NCBI RefSeq assembly: GCF_036321535.1
Contig: NC_087436.1
Coordinates: 84,322,001-84,386,000, forward strand
DNA: 64,000 nt
Source: Camelus dromedarius
Taxonomy: Eukaryota
Direction: 5' to 3'
Part shown: positions 13,935-27,100 of the stretch, piece by piece
Position numbering within the stretch: position 1 is the first letter of the stretch
Layout of the letters: every line of letters starts with the position of its first letter
Notes under the pieces: generated by a model
Told to the model about the DNA's origin: nothing
The model's input: the letters and a program-made list of their open reading frames with translations, nothing else
The model's database searches: none
Program-made: the position numbers and the translations under genes

Positions 13935-15786
13935 AAACAAAAGTATACTGATTTCTTATATACTAGCATTAACATTTTGAATTTGAAATTAAAAATATAA
14001 CACTATTAACATTAGCACCACAAAATACACAGATATAAATCTAACAACATATGGACAAGATTTATATAAAGAGAACAATAAAATTCCAATGAAAGAAATA
14101 AAAGAACTAAATAAATGGAGAGACATTTCATGTTCATGGATAGGAAAACTCAATAATGTCAAGATGTCAGTTCATCCCAACTTGACCTATAGACCTGATG
14201 CAATCCCAATCAAAATCCTAACAAGTTACTTTGGAATATTAAAAAACTAACTCTAAGGTTTATATGGGCAGGCAAAACACCTAGAACAGCCAACACAATA
14301 CTGAAGGAAGGGAAGAAAATTAGAGGACTGACACTACCAGATTTCAAGACTTAGGATAAAGCTACAGTAGTCAAGACAATGTGGTGTTGGTGAAATAACA
14401 GACAAATAGATCAAAGGGAAAGAATATAGATCCTAGAAATAGACCCACACAAACATAGTTAATTGATCTTTGACAAAGGAGTGAAGGCAATCCAATAGAG
14501 AAAGAAGAGCCTTTTCAACAAATGGTGCAGGAAAAACTGGACATTCACATGCAAAAAGAAGGAAAAGAATCTAGACACAGGCTTTACACCTTTCACAAAA
14601 ATTAACTTGAGATGTATCATAGATTTAAATGTTAAAATGCAAAACTATAAAACTTACAGAAGATAATATAAGAAAAAAATCTAAGTGACCTTGGATTTAA
14701 TGATGCATGTGTAAATGACACCAAAAGTATGACCCATGAAAGAAAAAACTAATAAGCTGGACTTCATTAAAATTAAAAACTTTTGCTCAACAAAAGACAC
14801 AACTACAAGAATGAAGAGATAAGCCACAGACTGGGAGAAGATATTTGCAAAATATATATTTGGTATCTTAGTCCATTTGGGCTGCTATAACAACACCATA
14901 GATGGGGTGGCTTATAAACAACAGAAATTAATATCTGGTAGTTCTGAAGTTTGAAAAGTCCAAGATCAAGCTACCAGCAGATTCAGCATCTGGTAAAGGC
15001 CTACTTCCTGCTTCAGAGAGGGGAATCTTCTTTCTGTGTCCTCACATAGTGGAAGGGACAAGGGAGCTCTCTGGGGTCTCTTTTATAAGGGCACTAATCC
15101 CATTCAAGGTGGCCTCACCCTTATGGCCTCCCAGAGGCTCCACCTCCATCACAAATCCCATCACATTGGGAGTTAGGATTTCAACATATGAATTTTGGGG
15201 GGAGACAGCATTCAGTCTATAGCATCTGATAGTGTATTGTTATTCCAAATATACAAAGAACTCTTCAAGTTCAACAATAAGAAAACAAATAACCCAAATA
15301 AAAAGTGGGCAAAAGATCTGAATAGACACTTTACAAAAGACAATATACAGATGGCAAATAAGCGTGTGAAATATGCTCTACATCATGTCATTAGGGAACT
15401 GCAAATTAAAACAATGAACCACTATATATCTATTAGAATGGCTAAAATACAAAACACTGACAACACCAAGTGCTGGTGAGGATGTGGAGCAACAGGAACT
15501 CTCATTCATTGCTGGTGGGAATGGAACACACTTTGGAAGACAGTTTTGCAGTTTCTCACAAAGCTAAACATATTCTTACCATGTGATCCAGTAATTGCAC
15601 TCCCAGGTACCTACCCAAATGAGTTGAAAACTTCTATCTACACAAAAACCTGCATATGAATATTTATAGCAGCTTTATTCATAATTGCCAAAAATTGGAA
15701 GCAACCAACATGTCCTTCACTAGGTGAATAGATAAACCACGGTACAGCCAGACTATGGAATATCACTCAATGCTAAAAAGAAATGC
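13935..15786 (+). mobile_element. L1MC-like ORF2 3' half
   Basis: A-rich; remnant KKTNNPNKKWAKDLNRHFTK. Confidence 0.88.
14864..15224 (-). mobile_element. MLT1A-like solo LTR nested in L1
   Basis: tcttagtccatttgggctgctataaca...cattcagtctatagca; L1 resumes on both sides. Confidence 0.85.
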
Positions 15787-15790
15787 ACAG

Positions 15791-15953
15791 AGGAAGGGTA
15801 TAGCTCAAACGGTAGAGTGTATGCTTAGCATGCACGAGGTCCTGGGTTCAATCCCCAGTACTTCCTCCTCTATAAATAAATAATTAAGCATGATTATCTC
15901 CTCCCCACCAAAAAAAATAAACAAACAAAATCTATAATTAAAAAAATAAAAAA
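15791..15953 (+). mobile_element. tRNA-Ala-derived SINE (camelid Vic-1-like)
   Basis: Pol III A box (tagctcaaacggtag), B box (ggttcaatcc), A-rich tail. Confidence 0.85.
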
Positions 15954-16166
15954 GCACCTACTCAGGAGCCGAAAAAGAAAAGGAAGAAAAAGGAAAGGAG
16001 GAATCCTGAGACCAAGGGTGAAAAGACAGCGGGTCTGGAGATCTAGAAAACAGGTGTGCTCTAGGCAGAGGATTAGGGACAGCAGGACCAGATGTTAGAA
16101 GCAGACAAGCTGAACTCGGAGGATGGACACAAGTCTTTCAAAAGAGTGTGGAGTAACACCCTGGGA

Positions 16167-16340
16167 CAGTGTGTCTCAAACCTGTCTGCCTATTAGAATC
16201 ATCTGGGGACCTTTCAACACTCCTGAAGCCTAGGCTGCACCCTAGACCAATTAAGGATTTCTGGGCTTGGGACCAAAACATCAGTCAATGTTTAAATTTT
16301 CCAGGTGATTCCAGTGTGCAGACAAATTTGAGAACCACTG
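16167..16340. mobile_element. MER5A-like hAT MITE
   Basis: TIRs cagtgtgtctcaaa / tttgagaaccactg. Confidence 0.8.
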
Positions 16341-16512
16341 ACCTAGGGTTTGCTTCCCTTGTGTTGACTCAACTGAAGTGACAATATTGGTTCAATGGAT
16401 CCAGTGGAGTAGAGAGGTGCTGGGATGCAGCATTAGTGGGCAGGTAAGAATAACACTTACCTATTTATTGTAAGGAATACATCATTACCAAGACTATATA
16501 AAATTGCCTTAC

Positions 16513-16578
16513 CTGTCTGGGGCTCCCCATTGTTTCTTAGGCCTAGAAAGATCTTGAATTCTCTTCCTAGAAAAAAAA
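16513..16578 (-). CDS. THEGL: THEGL exon 3 (66 nt)
   Basis: tag|TTTTTTTTCTAGG...GACAG|gtaagg; [21 protein letters not shown]. Confidence 0.88.
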
Positions 16579-19507
16579 CTAATAAATACCAGCTGATTAA
16601 TTCAAAGAGAATGACTAACAAGTATGATTACATTAGATGGCTCCTACCAAAACAAATCCCATCTGAAGGAGAAAACAAAACAAAACACCAAAGTAGTATG
16701 TGCTCAGTAAACGTTGAGTTCAACTGAATTGATATTTAATTGTTTAAAATATAAACTTAGTTTAAGCATCGCATAAGGGGGATTCATGGAACTATCAGTA
16801 AGCTGGGTAAGGCAATACATTTCAGACGGCTTGAACTGTGTTATCGCTCAAAGAGGCTCCTAAATAAAATACAGGTTCGAAGGTAGGAAGAGAAGTATCC
16901 CACCTCCTGACCCTTTTCCCTCAGTGTCTCATATTCTGGATTCTTCTAACTACCCCGTTTCCTACTGCAACAAACCTATCTGCATTTTATCTGCTGCTTA
17001 ATTCAAGGGTTCCCAGTCTAAAGCTCCCAAATCCTTAGGGGATCTATGAAGACAATGATGGGAGTCTCCAAACTTTAGAACATTTCCAAAGGCAAACGGA
17101 ATCCTACCCCACCCACAATCAGGTTGCAGATGACACCCAAAATAACAGATTTGTTTCAGAATTATATCATCTCCATATGTTACTTCATGCTGACGGATTA
17201 ATACTAAAACATGTCCTTAATTTAAAAAAAATAACAAATATGATTTGTTTTGTGAACAATGACAACAACAAATCTTTCTAAACGTGAGAATGTGGTGGTG
17301 GTTTGTGATAACCAAAAGATTCTTCGGTGGTGAAATGTTTGCAATCTGCTATGTAAATGGATACAATGCAACTCCCAAGCCATGTCTGTTACTACCTAGA
17401 AGCAATGAAGGTACTGTCTGTACCAGAACAAAAAAATCCACAAAAAAATCCTTACTCAACAAAAGAATGATTTTGCCCTGGAGGTACTGCATGAGCCCTG
17501 CTGAGAAAGCCTGCACCAACTTTCCAGGGAGGGTGGCTAGGTGGGGGAGAAAGCAAGCCATCAGCAGACAGAGTATCTTATTGTGTATCAATCTTTTCAA
17601 GCAAGTTAGCTTCTGGCTTCCTTCATCACCTCCAAGCCAAGATTTTCCCTCCACCTTTTCTTCACCAGCTAAACAGTGTTCCTTTAATGTATCATTTTAT
17701 ACAAGACTATCCACAGTTTCCTAGTTTATTCCTGTAGATACTTAAATTGGGTTGTTACTTCAACTGGAAATGATCTTATTAACATTTGCTAATTCTGTGT
17801 GGAGAGCTGACCAATACCTCTGCTTTTCATTCACTTATTGTGCGTTATGTCACCATAGCTACATCTCTTCATCTTAACACAGGCTTCCCTTCTTGCTCGT
17901 GTATTACATTACCTCACAATGTCTAGTCATGAGCCTGTGCAGAAACAAAAGAATGTGGTTGAAGGATTTTAACTCTTGAAGGCAGGTGTGTTTTTTGGGT
18001 TTTTTTTTAAATTACCTTGTTGTTCCATGTCTTCATTGATAATTAGTCTTCTACAGTTTGCTAAGAGCTGAGCAAGTTTTGGAAATCCTTACCTTGGCTG
18101 CAGAGCAGTATGTGTATGTTTATTTAGCAACAATTACAGAAATGATTTCAGGTCTGGATTGATGAAGTAATTCAAAAAATTCTTTCAGTCAAATTGCTCT
18201 TTTACATTTAACTATTTTGCTTATATTCAGAAAATATTTTCTTTCATAACAATCAGGCACAGCACATTTGCTTAACAAGATTATTTTAGAGGACTGGAAC
18301 GGGGATGGATAACAGAGAGAGAACAATTTCCCCATAGAGTCAAACCAAGTTAGCCATTCAAACAAAAGCAAGAAGCAGTAATAACAACTGCAAGGACAAA
18401 AACTTTTAAAAACACTTTCTTCACAGTCTCCTTAAGTCTAAAAACTTACCAGGTGTAAACGATTTCATTCCCTATTTAGCCACAGCAGATACTTACTTGG
18501 CATAGGTTTATTTGAAGTAATTTGGTATTTTAAGTGAACATTTAGTAAAACTCTGTGAATGTTAGTTCTATCAGATCTCCTACTCAGCCATCATACAACC
18601 TTGGGAAAGTGACATCCTTTCTCTGAATTTCATTTTCTCTCAGTAAAATCTGTTTTATTATACCCACCCTATCGACTTCTCAGGATTCTCAGGAGAAGAA
18701 AAAATTTTTTAAACTGCAAAGCATCACATAAACATAAGGTAGTAGTATTTGCTGCCTAGAAGATGTGAGGGGAAAAAAACCTGGAACTACAGTAAATTGA
18801 AAATGCAAAATAAGTCTAAATAATAACAATAAATGTAAATGTTAAATAATAACAATTAATATGAATGGTTTTAATCCACTTATTAAAAGAGTGGATAAAA
18901 ATAAAATCTGATATTATTTTCTCAAATTCATCTATATATGAACCCTTGGTATTTTCTCTTTAATGATTCTGTTCTGTTACCTCTTCTAACTACATCTCAG
19001 CCAAACCAAGAGTATGCATCTATTTTCAGGAGGCATCTAGTTTGTACACTGTATGTACACACACACACACACTTTTTTTTTTTCATAGAGGGCGCGTTCT
19101 TGAAATTTCATTAGCTACTGCACTTGAATTAGAGGCAAGAGAAGGTTGGGACACATTAACCTGGAGCTTCACAAAATCTAAGACATGAGATTGTCCATGC
19201 AGAATCCCAAGTCCCTTAAAGGTTCAGCTCTGTTATGTGCCACACACAGTACTGAGCAAACAAGTAAGCACTGAATGACTGTAAGGAGAGTTCTCCTACA
19301 TCTCCACCTTAATCACTTTAGCTCTCTTCTTTCCTCTTCCCACAGGAGCTGTCATTAGAAAAGGGCCTCACGACAAGGGGGAAGCACGGAATCTTCTCAA
19401 ACCCCCAGGACAGGCTTTCACTTCGGATGGCACAGACTGAGCGTGCCATCCAGCTAAGCTGGCCCTTCGTTAAGTCTGGGAGAACAGCACTGTATCTGTG
19501 TTCTTAC

Positions 19508-19538
19508 CGTTTCCTTATAAAGTCACAGGGAACAGGAT
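19508..19538 (-). CDS. THEGL: THEGL exon 2 (31 nt)
   Basis: ttctctttttgcag|ATCCTGTT...AAACG|gtaaga; (D)PVPCDFIRK; converts phase 1 to phase 2 as required. Confidence 0.85.
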
Positions 19539-22500
19539 CTGCAAAAAGAGAAGTAAACACAAAAATTAGATTCAATAAGAATCAAAGATATGATAAAGAT
19601 AGCCATCACAAATCAGTAAAGAAAGGAGCTGGGAAAAATAACTATTTAGAGGGGCAAGGCCAAATTAAATATGTCACACCACGTACCAAAGTAAACCACA
19701 GATAAGTTGAGGAGTTAAACTTTTTTTTTTAAAAAAAGTTGAATTAGAGCAAAACTAAAACAATACCTACTTAATCACTGGATTTTAATCTGCATTACAG
19801 GTGACAAAAGATGTAGAAGAAAAATACAGTTTAAAATATTTAGAACCTAAAACTGTCAAAAAAAATTAGAGAGGAAATCAAAATTTGGTGAAATATTTGG
19901 TAACAAAATGATAAAGGTTTAAAAGTCTTAATATTTGAAGAGTACAAAAGTATAGACAAATAAGAAGAACACTTAGGTAGGTGTCAAAAGTTAAATGGAC
20001 AAAGAAGAAGAACTGAATTCATATATGAAGACATATAACGGGCTAATAAACATAAGAAAAAGTTAAAATTTGTAATCAAAATAATGCAAATAAAAATGAG
20101 ATTTTTTAAAACTATCAAATTAGCACAAAGTTTTTACAAAGGCTAATAATGCTGGAAGGGTGACATGAGATGAGTACTCGCATGCTGCTGGTGGACATTT
20201 AAATTAGTATACTTCATGAAAAATAATTTGGTAGTAAGTCAGTAATGCTTCTGTTCCTTAAATCCAGTTCTATTTCTAAAAATGTACCTTGAAGAAATAA
20301 TTCCAAGTGTGGGCCAAGATTTACACACAAAAATGTTCATGGCAATATCTTTTATAGTAGAAAATTGGATACACCTGAAATATCCAAAATACATGAAATG
20401 GTTAAGTAAGTTAAAAATCACGTTTAAAAGTGTTTTTTTTTTTTTTTGCTGAACACTGGAATTTGACACAATATTGTAAAATGATTATAAATCAATAATA
20501 AATAAATAAATAAATAAATAAAAACAAACTTTATAGAGGGACGATTGACAGTCAAAAAAAAAAAAGTTTTATTTTAATGTGGGAAAATAGAGGAGATCAA
20601 ACAGGCCAAATTATCAAAAGGCCTATTATATATAGTAAGCCTCATTATGACAGATCGTTTCAGTTTCTTCTTGCAAATTTTAAATCACACCTGGGACTTC
20701 TGAAATATTTTCTGCCTTCTGGAGTGTTTGGGGTGAAGGAAGGTGGGTGTGGTCAGGCATCAGACAGACATGGCTCAAATCCCAGTTGTGTTACTCAGCT
20801 GTCCAATCTTGGGTTAATTATTTAAGTTCTCTGAGACTCAGTTTCCCCTTCTCAGACAGGAGGATAGTGGGTAGGTGTGTGTAAAGGTTAGCGACATGCA
20901 TGTAAAACACTGTATGTAGTATATGCAGACAGTAGGTGAGTGGAGTCAGAATCATTAGTCACAACTTAAGCGCATCGATGGAGGCACACTGTAGAGAAAC
21001 AGCAATCACCTAATTGACTGGGTCTCCGTTACACGCAGCATGGCGCCAGTGTTGAGCGCACAAAAATTAGTAAGATACAGTTTCTTTTTTCAAAGAGTTG
21101 ACAGCCTACTAAAAGGTAGGCTATGCCCTTAAAAAAAAAAAGAAAAAGCAAATGGTATTTTTGAATGCAGGTATTTTCTACTACTCTACTTTTTAAGGCT
21201 AAACTGACTCAGATCTAAGGAAAAGGGGAAAGTTGTCTACAAAAGCTCCCTTGCGCCCAGTCCTGCTGTCACCCGTGAAAGACACAGCACTTGTTCTGTG
21301 GACTTTGATGTATCATCAAGCTTGGTTTCCAGCGTTATAAACACAGGCCAGAGAGTCTATAGGACACTGAGTCCATCCTAAAATAACTTCTACAAACGCT
21401 GGTTAATATGAATTTTCCTATTGCCCTTTCATGCTATAATTTCTCCCACAGGTAGGGCTTTCACGCTTTATCTTAGAACCATGTTTGATGTTATCTCATC
21501 AGTTGGCAGGATGGAATAGCTCCCAGGTGGCCATTGTTAGCTAATGTCCCAAGGGAGCAGTATTACGCTGGTTCCCAAACTTGTCTGCACCTTACAATAT
21601 CTGGGGAATCTGAAAAATTTCAGGTCCCAGGCCCACAACCTTTGTGGTGGAACAAGCACTGCCATTTTTTTAAGCCAACAGGTTTGGGGAATACAACAGT
21701 GCTGTCTAATGGATAAGACCACTGGCTCTGGCATCAGTGCCTGGAACCAACCCCTGGCTCTAATTTCTGATCTTGGGCAACACTTAAGCTCTCTGTACAT
21801 TATCTGTTTAAAGATGAAAAATTTGAGGAAAGAGGTAGAAAAATAGTGGAGGGAGAAGGGAAAGGAAAATGAAATGAAGAATGTCATTATTATACTGAAC
21901 AAAATTTACAGTTATTCTTTAATACCATCTAATACCTGACAAATATTTAAGCTTCCTTAATTGTCTCAAAAGTGTGTTTTTACAGTTGGTTTGTTTGAAT
22001 TAGGCCTCACACAAGGGCCACGCATCGTCTTTTCTCTACTGCTCTTCAACACTAGCCCTGATCCTCTCTCCATATATGTTGTTTTGTTTGTTATTCTAAC
22101 AAATAAAAGATGTTTTTACAGCACCTTTTATTTGTTAGAAAAGTTGGGTAAAATCCCCATATTCTGAATTTTTAATTTTACAGGCATAACTAAATTAGCA
22201 CAATTCTAAATGAACATTTATCTATTCTACCTTTGTCCCTAAAAGTTTATCTATTCAAATCGGCTAGGATTTTTTCAAATTTCCTTATATTCAAGAATAT
22301 ACAGTAATCCCACTTTGGCAGCATCTTGTTATATCAAATCAAGCAACAGTGTTAAGATACAGACTCTCAGTACTAGAAGTGTCCATAGAGAGTGCCTAGT
22401 CTACTCACCTCATTTCACTAGAAGGAAACAGACATGCAGCTATGATGAAACCCCAAGTCTCCTACTTCTTAGTTCAGTGCTCTTTCCAGTAGCATTAAGC

Positions 22501-23279
22501 TCCCTTTACTAACTATGTGCTCAAACTGACATCCTCAGGATGTGGCTGGAGCCATGACTTGGGCACAGCAGCGTTCAAGCACTCACATTTCTTTGGGGGC
22601 GGGGGCAGGATTTCACACATCCAATCCCTTCTTAGCAGCAGATCTTCCTGAGTACAACTCCAGTATGACTCCCTGTCCCCAAAATATTTCCCAGCTCCTT
22701 TCTCCTAGAGAGTAACTTCAGTACTTCTTCCCTCCCACTCTCCATTCTTTTCTCCCACTGACCCAGTGTCTAGCCACTGCAGTATTTCATGTGCTTTGGA
22801 TCAAACGATGGAGCTTTGAATGCTGGCCCCACCCACGACATGCCCTCAGACAAAGCAGAGTCTCAGATTCCTCATCTGTAAATTGAGGACAAAAATACTT
22901 TGCAGAGTGATCCAAGAATGGGAGAGAATTTTATGTAGAGGGTCTGGTTATGGATGGACTTTAGGCCCACATCACTCATCTGGGCTCTGATTACAGATTT
23001 TGTTTTACTTATGTCATTATTATTATTACCTCCATAAGCCTGTAAACACTTTGGAAAGATTGCTTTATTTTGTACTCCTCACAGCACATGATGTACACAG
23101 CTGAACAGACAGGATAGACAAATGTTTATTTCCCTGACTGTAACAGGCCCACTAGGTACTATTTACTAAACACTGTAATATTTATTGAGCACTAACAACG
23201 TGCCAAGCACTGCGCTGCACTCCTTCCCTTCATTATTTCCCTTACCTCCCCTCTCTGTCACCCACAGCATCCAGCACAG

Positions 23280-23520
23280 GCAGAAGAGTGTGAGGGTGAA
23301 GTGGGGCAGGCTGTGGGACTGCCTGTCTGGGCTCAATCTCTGCTCTGTTACTGTGTGTGTGGCCTTTGGCAAGTCCCTTACCTCCTCTCTGCCTCAGTTT
23401 CCTTATCTGCAAAGTGGGGACACAAATAGTACTTACTCCGAAGGGTTGTTTTAAAGCTAAAATCAGATGATGTTAAGTATGTAGGACACTCAATGGACAT
23501 AAGTTACTGCGAGCTCAGTA
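23280..23520. mobile_element. MIR (further MIR remnants at ~20740-20940, 21715-21830, 22790-22950, 47270-47490, 58800-59000)
   Basis: Core motif ctctctgcctcagtttccttatctgcaaagtgggga. Confidence 0.75.
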
Positions 23521-23639
23521 ACGACTGGGTGAATGTAGGCAATGTCCACATGAATGACTTTCATGTGGAATTCATCCATTGGTTCTAAGCTTCGGACTAG
23601 AGAAGGGTGGAGATAAAGTTCCTGTCCTACTCTGATGCA

Positions 23640-26600
23640 GCTTGCCTTTCAGGTGGACAAACAGACCATAGGCAAGTGAACTATTTCAGACGATGGTAAG
23701 TACCAGGAAGAAGATAAACCAGCATGATGTTCTGTATGCAGTAGGCAGGCGGCACCTAGTTTAGGGAGACAATCAGGGAAGTGTCTTTGGAGGAAGTGAC
23801 ACTGTAGCTGTGGAAATGAAAGACAAGAAGGTGCCAGATATATTATGACCTGAGGGGAGAAAGTGGGATGAGGGAGGAAGAGCGTTTCACGCCGAGGAAA
23901 CGGCAACTGTAAAGGCCCTGAGGTGGAATCAAGAGAAAGGCAGATCAAGACAGTGGTCAGGGTGGATGGAGGGAAGGGAGCCAGGGAAAGGATTTGTGGT
24001 GGGGCCAGATCACCACCAGCCCTGGAGGAGTCTCGCCCTTATTCCACGGCCAACAGGAAGAAGCCCCAAAAGATTTTGAGTAAGATAATGAGTAGCATCT
24101 CCCTCCACGAGATCATCAGAACTTACGATAAACACAAGGTCCTCTGTACAGCACAGGGAACTATACTCAATACCTTGTAATAACCTATAATGAAAAATAC
24201 GAAAAAGAATATTTGTATAATTGAATCACCATGCTCTATACCAGAAACTAACACAACATTGTAAATCAAAAATACTTCGATTTAAAAAAAAGAACATTAT
24301 GGCTGCATTATGCCCTTTAAATGTTTGTGTTTTATTCCATAGCACACAAGCCACACTGCTCAGGCTGCCCTTGGAGCTAACAAAACTGACGATCAGGCTT
24401 GTGCTCCGAACCGTCTGCTGGGGAAGGCTGCCATCTGCTGGCAGGAGCCACAATTAAAAGGCTGCCCTTCCAGATGGGGACTAAGGCACAGGGATTCCAC
24501 TGCACCTACAAGTAAAGCCTTCTGTAACATGATCAAGATGAAGCTGGGACAAGTATGGGGCAGGCCTTTCAGAGGAACAGAAAAGAAGCCAGTGTGACTG
24601 GGGCAGAGTGAGCAGGAGGGACAGAGGTAGGGGGCGAGGTCAGGGAGCCCGTGGGGCTCTAGAGACCCCTACGAAAAGCTTGGGTTTATCCTGGGAGCAA
24701 CGGGAAGCCCCTGGAGGACAACACAGTACAGGTGAAATGTGATCCAATTCGGTTTTTCAAATACCCACTCTGGCTGAGGTAGTAGAGAGCTTGCAGGGCA
24801 CAAGGACAGAAGCAGCGAGACCACTCAGGACGCTAACGTAGAATCCAGGTGAGAGATGACTGTGCATGGCATGACGGTGTTAGCAGAGAAAATGAGTGAA
24901 ATGGTCTGAAGAGGAAACTAACAGAACTCGGATTGGATTTGAGGGTGAAGAAAGAGGAATCAGGGAGAAATGGTAGTTTGAGGTGTTAGGTTTTTTTGTT
25001 TGTTTTTGCGGTGGGAGGTGAGGCTTCAGCAACTGGATACTATTTTCTGGAAGCATCCAATTGGAAGATTGAGGGAGGAACAAAGATTGAGAAGAAAAAT
25101 CAAGACTTCTGTCTCAAAGTATATTCCATTTGAGAAGCCTATGATATATCCAAATGGAGAGAGAGGAGCTGAAGTATACAAATTTAGGAGGCAGCAGCAT
25201 AAAGATGCTATTCAAAGCCAGGAGTGTAGATATGACCACTTGGGAGAGGGGAGGGGAACAGTGTAAATAAAGAGAAAAAGGGTCAGGCTGTTAGAGTTCA
25301 GGAAAACAGGGAGGATTCACCAAATGCAAGAAGCAGCAAGCAGTCAGGCTGGTGATAAACTGGGAGATTGTGGTGTCATAGAGGCCAGGAGAAGGAGGTA
25401 TATGTTTCAAAAAGGGAGTGGTTGATTGTATTAAATGCTGCTGCTAAGAGGTCAAATAAGACACTACTAATAATGGCCAACACCTACTGAGGACTTACTG
25501 TAGTTGTGGTACCTGGTATGGCAAGCCCTCAGTAGGTGTTAGCCATTATTAGTCGTATCTTATTTGATCTCTGAGCAGTATTTAAGGATAGAAGAAAAAA
25601 ACACTGGATTTGGTGACATAGAGGCTGAATGAAGAGATCTTTCATTCAATAATAACTGCTAGCTTCTGGCTTATTCCAGGCACTGCTTGAGGAACTGAGG
25701 ATGAAACAGTGGAGAAGACAAAGCTTCTGCCCTCTGAGAGCTTAATGTAAACAGTAAACAAATAGATACTTGATGCAGTCAGAGAAACACCTTAAAGAAC
25801 ATGAGCAGGACAAAGAGGGTCTTTTGGACAGTGATCTGGTACACCTTTACAAGGAGGTGACAAATCCTTGAGGGAAGAGTGTCCTGGGAGAGGAAAAAGC
25901 AAGTGAAGTAATTGTGAGGTGGGAACAAGGAGGTCCACGTGGCTGGAGAGCAGAGACAGGAGGCTGGAGGCAGGCTGGAGGCAGGCTGGAGCATGTGAGG
26001 CCTTATAGGCCTGCTTAGGGCTTTAGATTACAAACTATGTGAGATGAGAATCCCCTCTGGAGAGTGAGAGCAGGAGAGGTGCACATAATTTATGTCCTAA
26101 GGGATCCCTGTGACTGCTAAATGAGCATGAACTGGTGGGAATGGGGCAGGGGGAGGGAAGGGGGCAAGAGTGGAAGCTATTGCAGCAGACCATAAGATGA
26201 TAGTGGCTTACAAAGATGATGAAGGTTTAGATGTTATGAAATGGTCATCATCATGATACATTTCAAAATTAGGGCTTGCTAATGGTTTCGAGGCAGATTT
26301 TGAGGAAAAACAGGAGTCAAGAATGACTCCAAGGTTTCTGACCCAAGCCACCTGGATGAATCAAGGGTGGTGGGTCAAGGGTTATTTCGAAACAGAAGAT
26401 TCTAGAGTATATGTGTATGCTCATGGAACTGACTCATTAAAAGGGACAAAAGGATGCTGTAGGAGAGAGGGGATAACCTGCAGGAACAAATTTCTTCAGG
26501 AGACAAGAGTGGAATCCAAAGCACAAGTGGAGGATTTTGCCTTTCACAGAAAAGAGGCACAATTCTTCCCTGAAATATGAGAAAAGACAGAATCCATGGG

Positions 26601-27100
26601 TGTGGATTTGAGTAAGGCAATAGATTAGCGGTAAGAAAATAAGGGAGTTCATGACAGTGCTTCTGTTTTCTCAAGTGTGAGGCAAAGTCTTCAGCTGTTT
26701 CAGGGTCAAATGTGTAAAGATTGGAAGAGAGTCAGGAAGGCATTTAGTCATCTTCTCAAAGATTAGAAGAATTAACTTACTAGGTGAATAAAGTAGGCTT
26801 GCTAGGCAGTGCCAAGTGACCAGTTGAGATTTGTTGTCATGAAACTGAAATAAAAGCCGTCAGTAAGATTGTGTGATTTTGTACAGGAAGAGTCAGCGGC
26901 TCAGGTATAGGCAGAGGGTAGGTGATTGGTTTTGCCAGGAGAAGTTTGACGGATAGCCAAAAAATCAGTGGGGTGGTGGAAGATGTTGTAAGTGAGCAAC
27001 TGAAATGATAGCCCATAGAATCGATGCTGATAGATGAGTCAAGGAGATGACATATAACGTGGTTAGCCAAGGGACTGGGAGCCCAATGTGGACAAGGAAT
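23640..27100 (-). mobile_element. Cluster of L2 fragments (plus L1 3' end at ~24128-24290)
   Basis: Purine-rich L2 antisense motifs (gagtcaagaatgactccaaggtttctg; aaaggccctgaggtgg). Confidence 0.7.
25441..25578. repeat. Inverted repeat, 56-bp arms with 6 mismatches and 26-nt spacer
   Basis: 25441-25496 pairs with 25523-25578. Confidence 0.9.

Noticed and set aside
15791..15866. Apparent tRNA-Ala gene (also at ~37325)
   Set aside because: Followed by a SINE body and A-tail, present in several diverged copies, some with TSDs; these are SINEs.
17284..17724. 146-aa and 101-aa ORFs in unique intronic sequence
   Set aside because: No recognisable domain, non-ATG starts and no supported splice pattern.
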